The notes under the pieces: model-generated | The model's database searches: none | Seen by the model: the letters and a program-made list of their open reading frames with translations, nothing else | What the model was told of the DNA's origin: nothing | Shown here: in pieces, positions 60,919-64,000 of the stretch | How positions within the stretch are numbered: position 1 is the first letter of the stretch | Layout of the letters: each line of letters starts with the position of its first letter | Assembly: GCA_963664815.2 (NCBI GenBank) | Contig: CAXXHB010000003.1 | Span: forward strand, 2,016,001-2,080,000 | Direction: 5' to 3' | Length of the DNA: 64,000 nucleotides | Origin: Spirochaetota bacterium | GTDB taxonomy: Bacteria; Spirochaetota; UBA4802; UBA5550 | Position numbers and translations under genes: made by a program

Positions 60919-62079
60919 TCAGTCATCTGCTGTGAAATTCCCGGGCCTTTTCCTGAGGTTTTTATTTTCCTTGTCCAGATACATAAGGTCATCTACAGTC
61001 TTTATAATTTTTTCTATAGACAGATTCTCATCTTTTCTGAAAATTTCAGCCCCCATGCTGAAAGACAGAGTATATGGCTTTCCGCTGCTTATATTCCATT
61101 CAGCGGTCTTTTTCCTTATTCTTGCGACGGCATCATCAAGAACCGACCTGTCCCCCATATCAAGCAAAACGAGAAATTCATCACCTGCATAGCGGGCTAT
61201 TATATCCCCGGTACGCAGAGACTGCTGGATAATTCTTACTGCAGTTCCAAGCGCAGCATCCCCTTCAATATGGCCGAAACGGTCATTGATTGTCTTGAAA
61301 TCATCAATATCCAGCATTATAAGTGAAAATTCCGCTCCACCGAAACTGATTCTCCTGTGCAGTATTGAATCAAACTGTCGTCGGTTAAATATTCCGGTGA
61401 GATAATCTGTTGTAAGAAGACTGTTCTGTATATTAATAAATATCAGCAGAATTGATATTGTCATGGAGGGCCATAAGAGTGTTATACCAAATACAGAAGC
61501 CTGAATTATTCCGGCAATTATAGGCGGTACAGCAAAAAACAGAAGGGTTTTAAATATTCCCGGTTCCGCCATCTTCCTGTTGAACAATATCATTAAAAAT
61601 GTATAGGCAATGAACAGATAGCACGCTGAAAAAAAATATATGAAGCAGTATCCCCTTGTATAATAATTTTCTTCATTGATATAGAAAATATAACCTTTCC
61701 AGATGCTTGCTATTATAAAAAAAATAAAAACAGAATTAACGGCTGTTAGGACTATTCCAGCAATTTTTATTTTTTTTAAATTCCTGAAAATTGAAAAATC
61801 GGCATACAGTGTCCAGAAGGTAAGAATCAGAGGATGTGAAATATAATATATAACCGATGACAGTATATTCAGTTCCCTGAGCAATACACCCTTTTTCCCG
61901 TCCAGGTACCAGTTTACTGAATCTGTAACCAGAAGAACAATTGTTATAATGGCCATTGTATTAAACAATATCTGGGTGAAGGAAATTCCGGAAGATGACA
62001 CTTTTCTGTTAAGTATAATAAGAAGAACAAAAATACAAAATAAATTCAGTATAATATATCCGCTCACTGAAACGGTCAT
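60919..62079 (-). CDS. Membrane diguanylate cyclase (GGDEF domain, AGDEF variant)
   Basis: About 7 TMs; DYLTGIFNRR, DIDDFKTINDRFGH.EGD, RTGD I-site, RYAGDEF. Confidence 0.9.
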   Translation of the reverse strand: MTVSVSGYIILNLFCIFVLLIILNRKVSSSGISFTQILFNTMAIITIVLLVTDSVNWYLDGKKGVLLRELNILSSVIYYISHPLILTFWTLYADFSIFRNLKKIKIAGIVLTAVNSVFIFFIIASIWKGYIFYINEENYYTRGYCFIYFFSACYLFIAYTFLMILFNRKMAEPGIFKTLLFFAVPPIIAGIIQASVFGITLLWPSMTISILLIFINIQNSLLTTDYLTGIFNRRQFDSILHRRISFGGAEFSLIMLDIDDFKTINDRFGHIEGDAALGTAVRIIQQSLRTGDIIARYAGDEFLVLLDMGDRSVLDDAVARIRKKTAEWNISSGKPYTLSFSMGAEIFRKDENLSIEKIIKTVDDLMYLDKENKNLRKRPGNFTADD

Positions 62080-62304
62080 TTTAACATCCTGTCATGCGTT
62101 ATGCATTATCTATTTAAAACAGATTAACCTGAAAGCAGTTTACTGTCAACAATAACAATAATCTGCTGATTCACTCACACGACTCCATAAATCTATTTTC
62201 ACCGCTGATGTTTTGTTTTATCATAAGTGAATGAATTATCTTTTATATAATTCCAGATTTTATCCAATGCATAATCAAGTGGAGAAAATATTTACAGGGG
62301 ATAT

Positions 62305-62763
62305 TTAATCCTGTCGTTTTTCAAACAGGTTTTTGAATATTGTTTTTCCTTCATTTACATCTGATTTAAAATCCAGGTAGATCTTGATTACAAGAAAAAA
62401 GATAACAGTAACAAATACCGGCATAATACCGGACAATGTATATTTATCTTTATGTTCATTTAAAAAATACATTATAAATAATACAAAAACAGTTACCGGT
62501 ATAACAATCATACGGAGATCAATCTTAAATTTTACATCAATTTTATTTTCATAAATTTTCCCGGTTATTAGCGCCGGTACATGTCGGCGATAGCCGGACA
62601 TGCGTACTAATTTAAAATCAGAATTATTCACTTCACCAATTAATCGGTTCATTGTAACATAAGGAACAAAGGCTTCCCTTGGCAATACACTTTCTTTAAG
62701 TTTCTCAATAATCCGTGATGAATTCATATCTGTTTCTATAGTCATTTTGTAAGATGTCATCAT
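62305..62763 (-). CDS. Hypothetical membrane protein
   Basis: Two C-terminal TMs; AAGGA RBS. Confidence 0.55.
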   Translation of the reverse strand: MMTSYKMTIETDMNSSRIIEKLKESVLPREAFVPYVTMNRLIGEVNNSDFKLVRMSGYRRHVPALITGKIYENKIDVKFKIDLRMIVIPVTVFVLFIMYFLNEHKDKYTLSGIMPVFVTVIFFLVIKIYLDFKSDVNEGKTIFKNLFEKRQD

Positions 62764-62866
62764 ATTCTGTTTTCCTTTTAAAACTGAAGTATTTATAAAT
62801 TCAGACTGTTTTTATGCAACTTTATCTCTCAATATGCAATTAATTTGTAAAGCATTATACTTACGT

Positions 62867-62957
62867 ATTCCGGCCCAAACCTGCCACCCATTCCGGAAAA
62901 TGCCTGCCACCTGTTCCGGTGCAAAGTTGCCACCCATTCCGGTTGAAACCTGCCACT
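62867..62957 (+). repeat. IS21 subterminal transposase-binding repeats
   Basis: RTTCCGG-N8-TGCCAC at 62867, 62890, 62913 and 62936 (23-bp period). Confidence 0.9.
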
Positions 62958-63052
62958 TGTAGGATTTTACCGGAATAAAAAACAAACCATTTCCTTTTAA
63001 AACAGAGCCTGAATTATCTGATAAAAAATCAAATCAGATGGAGTTACCGGGC

Positions 63053-64000
63053 ATGTCACAAAGGAGAATATCGATGAAAAAAATCAGGGAAATCATTCGT
63101 CTTCACGAGCATTCAAAACTCAGCCAAAGGCAGATATCTCAGGCAATGGGAATGTCACGTCCGGTTGTCAGTGATTATATTAACAAAATTAAAACACTCG
63201 GTTTAACTTTTATTGATATAGAAAATATGCCGGATGAAAAACTTCTGAATGTTCTTCAGGGAAATAAAACACCGGACAACAAACGCCATGAAATGCTTCA
63301 AAATCAGTTCCTTCATTTCACGCAGGAGCTCAAACGCCTCGGAGTGACCCGTCAAACTTTATGGGAGGAATACATTCTCGAAAATCCAGGCGGATACAGC
63401 TACTCACAGTTTTGTTATCATTTTCAGGTCTGGCAGAATATGTCAGAAATTACGATGCATATCGAACACAAAGCGGGAGACAAACTCTTTGTGGATTTTG
63501 CCGGTAAGAAACTTTCCATAACAGACCGGTCAACGGGAGAGATAAGAGAGGTTGAAGTATTTGTGGCAATACTTGGGGCAAGCCAGCTTGTTTATATTGA
63601 AGCTTCGATGAGTCAGAAGAAGGAGGAATGGATAAGACTAAATGAAAATGCATTAAGATATATTGGAGGCGTTCCACAGGCCATTGTGCCGGACTGTTTA
63701 AAATCTGCAGTAACAAAGACAGATCGATATGAACCGGATATCAATCCGGAATATCTCGACTTCGCCCGGCATTACGGCATAACAATTCTTCCAGCTCGTC
63801 CGGCAAAACCGAAAGACAAAGCTCTGGTTGAAGGGGCGGTACGAATTTCATATTCATGGATTTACGCTAAACTTCGTGACCGAATATTCTTTTCACTTGA
63901 AGAACTCAATGTCGCGATCATAGAACTGCTTGAAGAATTTAATGCCCGGATAATGCAGCGTCCAGGTGTAAGCAGACGGGAACTTTTTAACAGCATTGAG
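63053..64000 (+). CDS. istA: IS21 transposase IstA (3' truncated; not in ORF track)
   Basis: MSQRRISMKKIREIIRL, LWEEY...GYSYSQFC, HKAGDKLFVDFAG, GGVPQAIVPDCLKSAV, KPKDKALVE. Confidence 0.93.
   Translation, partial: MSQRRISMKKIREIIRLHEHSKLSQRQISQAMGMSRPVVSDYINKIKTLGLTFIDIENMPDEKLLNVLQGNKTPDNKRHEMLQNQFLHFTQELKRLGVTRQTLWEEYILENPGGYSYSQFCYHFQVWQNMSEITMHIEHKAGDKLFVDFAGKKLSITDRSTGEIREVEVFVAILGASQLVYIEASMSQKKEEWIRLNENALRYIGGVPQAIVPDCLKSAVTKTDRYEPDINPEYLDFARHYGITILPARPAKPKDKALVEGAVRISYSWIYAKLRDRIFFSLEELNVAIIELLEEFNARIMQRPGVSRRELFNSIE

Larger units (their letters stand above)
62862..64000 (+). mobile_element. IS21-family insertion sequence, left part (runs off window)
   Basis: Left end TACGTATTCCGG with four 23-bp subterminal repeats, followed by istA. 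Confidence 0.9.

Noticed and set aside
58346-62763. Integron cassette array (co-oriented unrelated genes)
   Set aside because: No RYYYAAC...GTTRRRY attC pattern found where inspected (60025-60119) and no intI
62867-62957. 23-bp periodic repeats as CRISPR or iterons
   Set aside because: Variable part is only 8 nt and the array lies directly before istA, so these are IS21 terminal repeats

Overview
AT-rich bacterial chromosomal window from what looks like an anaerobic spirochaete. This is inferred from a TPR-fused small alarmone synthetase, many lipoproteins and a FlaB-like gene; the taxonomy is not proven. The left part carries acyl-CoA metabolism, DNA repair and an oxygen-defence operon (fprA, a rubredoxin missed by the ORF track, cydAB, desulfoferrodoxin, small wHTH protein) divergent from a pentaheme lipoprotein. 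Next come a HesB-like selenoprotein hidden by an in-frame UGA with a SECIS-like hairpin, a CoA-disulfide reductase, cysE and nrfHA. The middle is housekeeping (rnr, argC, ptsP, tRNA-Leu, tRNA-Gly, tig-clpP-clpX-lon). The right part holds a flagellin homologue with an apparent Sec signal peptide and a glycine-cleavage/lipoate operon with no dihydrolipoamide dehydrogenase, led instead by a translationally coupled single-Cys NADH oxidase/CoADR-family flavoprotein. It ends with REP-like tandem repeats, accessory genes and the left end of an IS21-family element. The best novelty candidates are the signal-peptide flagellin, the possible non-canonical L protein in the gcv operon and the selenoprotein.
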